Part shown: positions 62,744 to 64,000 of the stretch, in pieces | Position numbering within the stretch: position 1 is the first letter of the stretch | Layout of the letters: each line of letters begins with the position of its first letter | Assembly (NCBI GenBank): GCA_963827935.1 | Contig: CAWHCN010000011.1 | Location: 433,183 to 497,182 of the forward strand | Direction of reading: 5' to 3' | DNA from: an uncultured Planctomycetota bacterium | GTDB taxonomy: Bacteria; Planctomycetota; Planctomycetia; Gemmatales; Gemmataceae | DNA length: 64,000 nt | Notes under the pieces: generated by a model | Told to the model about the DNA's origin: nothing | Databases searched by the model: none | Seen by the model: the letters and a program-made list of their open reading frames with translations, nothing else | Position numbers and translations under genes: made by a program

Positions 62744-63388
62744 CTACTGTAGCGCCGCCCGCGGCGCACCGATACCGACCACGTGAACAGCCCCAGTCCA
62801 TTCCCTTGAGGCCGGGTTCGCGAATCCTTTCTTTTCCGCCACAAACGTCACCGCGTGTTGCGCCTTGATCGTGGCCCCGAGTGGCGCGCCGGTGTCGCAG
62901 TCGAGGCCGGAAGGGATGTCCACAGCCAGCACCTTGACGCCGCTGGCGTTGATCGCGTCGATGACCTGGTCAAACGGCGGACGCACCCCTCCGGCCAACC
63001 CGGTGCCGAAGAGGGCATCGACGATCCAGTCCGCGGCGGCCAGCCCCGGCCCCAGCCCGCCGGCATCGCCGTGCACTTCCAGCGGAAGGCCCGCTCGCTT
63101 GACGATCTGGTAATTGATGGCCGCGTCGCCGGTGAGCTGTTCGGGAGCGGCAAAGAGCAGGATGCGAACGGTGATGCCGTGAAGGTCGAGGTGGCGGGCG
63201 ATGACGAAGCCGTCGCCGCCGTTGTTCCCCTTGCCGCAGCAGACGATCACGGGGCCGCGAACGCCCAGGGACAACAGGACCTCGGCCGCGCCACGGCCGG
63301 CGTTTTCCATCAGGACCACGCCGGGGACGCCGAATTCGTCGATGGCCCGGTGATCGATGGCCCGGACCTGGTCGCGGCTGAGCATCAT
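62744..63388 (-). CDS. nnrE: NAD(P)H-hydrate epimerase (YjeF N-terminal domain)
   Basis: VLMENAGRGAA...VIVCCGKGNNGGDGFVIARHL...VDALFGTGL...VLAVDIPSGLDCDTG. Confidence 0.8.
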   Translation of the reverse strand: MMLSRDQVRAIDHRAIDEFGVPGVVLMENAGRGAAEVLLSLGVRGPVIVCCGKGNNGGDGFVIARHLDLHGITVRILLFAAPEQLTGDAAINYQIVKRAGLPLEVHGDAGGLGPGLAAADWIVDALFGTGLAGGVRPPFDQVIDAINASGVKVLAVDIPSGLDCDTGAPLGATIKAQHAVTFVAEKKGFANPASREWTGAVHVVGIGAPRAALQ

Positions 63389-63428
63389 GACGGAATCCCT
63401 GATGAGGCGAACGCTACGCCGCAAGTGG

Positions 63429-64000
63429 CTAACGGCTAATGCGCAGCCCGCCGCCCTTGACGACGGCCTCGACCTCGTCGCGGGTGACCCAGGCGAAGTC
63501 GCCCGGCAAGGTGTGCTTGACGGCACTCATCGCCACGCCCCAGTCGAGCCCCTTCTGCACGTCGCCGTCGAGCAGGCCGTGGATCAGCCCCGCGGCGAAT
63601 GAATCGCCGGCCCCCAGGCGGTCCACGATTTCGACCTCGTAAGTGCGCGTTCGGTAGACCGTCCCAGCGCGAACAGCGATGGCGGTCCAGCGATTCTTCC
63701 ACACCAGCGGGTTGTCGCGGAGAGTGATGGCCACCGTGTCCAGCGGAAACCGGCGGGCCAGCTGGGCGGCCACGTCCTCGAAGTCCTTCCCCTTGATGCC
63801 GAAGACACGGTCGGTGTCCTCCTCGGTGGTGACCAGAACATCGCACCACTGCATGAACTCGGTCATCCAGCGGCCGGCCTCGGCATTGCTCCACAGCTTG
63901 ACGCGATGGTTGAGGTCGATGCTGGTTTTCAATCCCGCCGCCCGGGCCGCCTGAAGGGCTTCGCGGGTGGCCTCGGCGGCTCCCGTCCCCAGGGCGGGCG
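63429..64000 (-). CDS. PfkB-family sugar kinase (KdgK-like), C-terminal part; gene continues past the window end
   Basis: DTDRVFGIKGKDFEDVAAQLARRFPLDTVAITL...GAGDSFAAGLIHGLLDG (PfkB signature 2). Confidence 0.75.
   Translation of the reverse strand, partial: PALGTGAAEATREALQAARAAGLKTSIDLNHRVKLWSNAEAGRWMTEFMQWCDVLVTTEEDTDRVFGIKGKDFEDVAAQLARRFPLDTVAITLRDNPLVWKNRWTAIAVRAGTVYRTRTYEVEIVDRLGAGDSFAAGLIHGLLDGDVQKGLDWGVAMSAVKHTLPGDFAWVTRDEVEAVVKGGGLRISR

Overview
High-GC (~65-70%) bacterial chromosome segment, most consistent with Planctomycetota (Gemmataceae-like). The basis is inference from sequence: a small secreted protein with the N-terminal 'PQLELLEDRFLLSG' motif, a complete BatA/BatB/TPR/BatD aerotolerance operon, many sigma-54/His-kinase regulators, and a flagellar fliK-flgD-flgE cluster. 

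The first ~6.3 kb is a mobile-element-rich island: a 5' partial metallophosphoesterase, an IS110 N-terminal remnant, and an IS630 transposase remnant. The IS630 remnant is interrupted by a 3.1-kb IS1595/IS1-like element bounded by 28-bp perfect inverted repeats. That element carries a Panacea-domain antitoxin plus a small toxin-like gene, a DUF1508-like gene and a small basic protein. The island also holds an AlpA-type excisionase gene and ends at a tRNA-Cys(GCA) 3'-half remnant. 

The rest of the window encodes:
- housekeeping and metabolic genes: S9 peptidase, long acyl-CoA dehydrogenase, ArfB, isochorismatase-like hydrolase, class-V aminotransferase, HemB, an O-methyltransferase, parvulin PPIase, flotillin+NfeD, a HisA-like protein, QueD, an Asp beta-hydroxylase-like protein, type III glutamine synthetase, a CitG-like protein, a Prc-like tail-specific protease, a YqjD/YqjE-like trio, a CoxG-like protein, NAD(P)H-hydrate epimerase, and a PfkB kinase (partial)
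- signalling genes: a REC-PAS-HK-REC hybrid kinase with an adjacent HK, PilZ and HDOD proteins, and a phosphorelay cluster (degenerate sigma-54 EBP, TM hybrid HK with two REC domains, REC, Hpt, NtrC-like regulator)
- further mobile DNA: an IS630 copy inserted into a DUF3800 gene, and a REP-RAYT-REP unit flanked by a 58-bp direct duplication
- at least four families of GC-rich palindromic intergenic repeats. 

Many genes carry single-base frameshifts, especially flgE, the Prc-like gene and the BatC-like gene. This is either consensus indel error or gene decay. All calls are made by eye from the six-frame track and motif recognition; no database searches were run.
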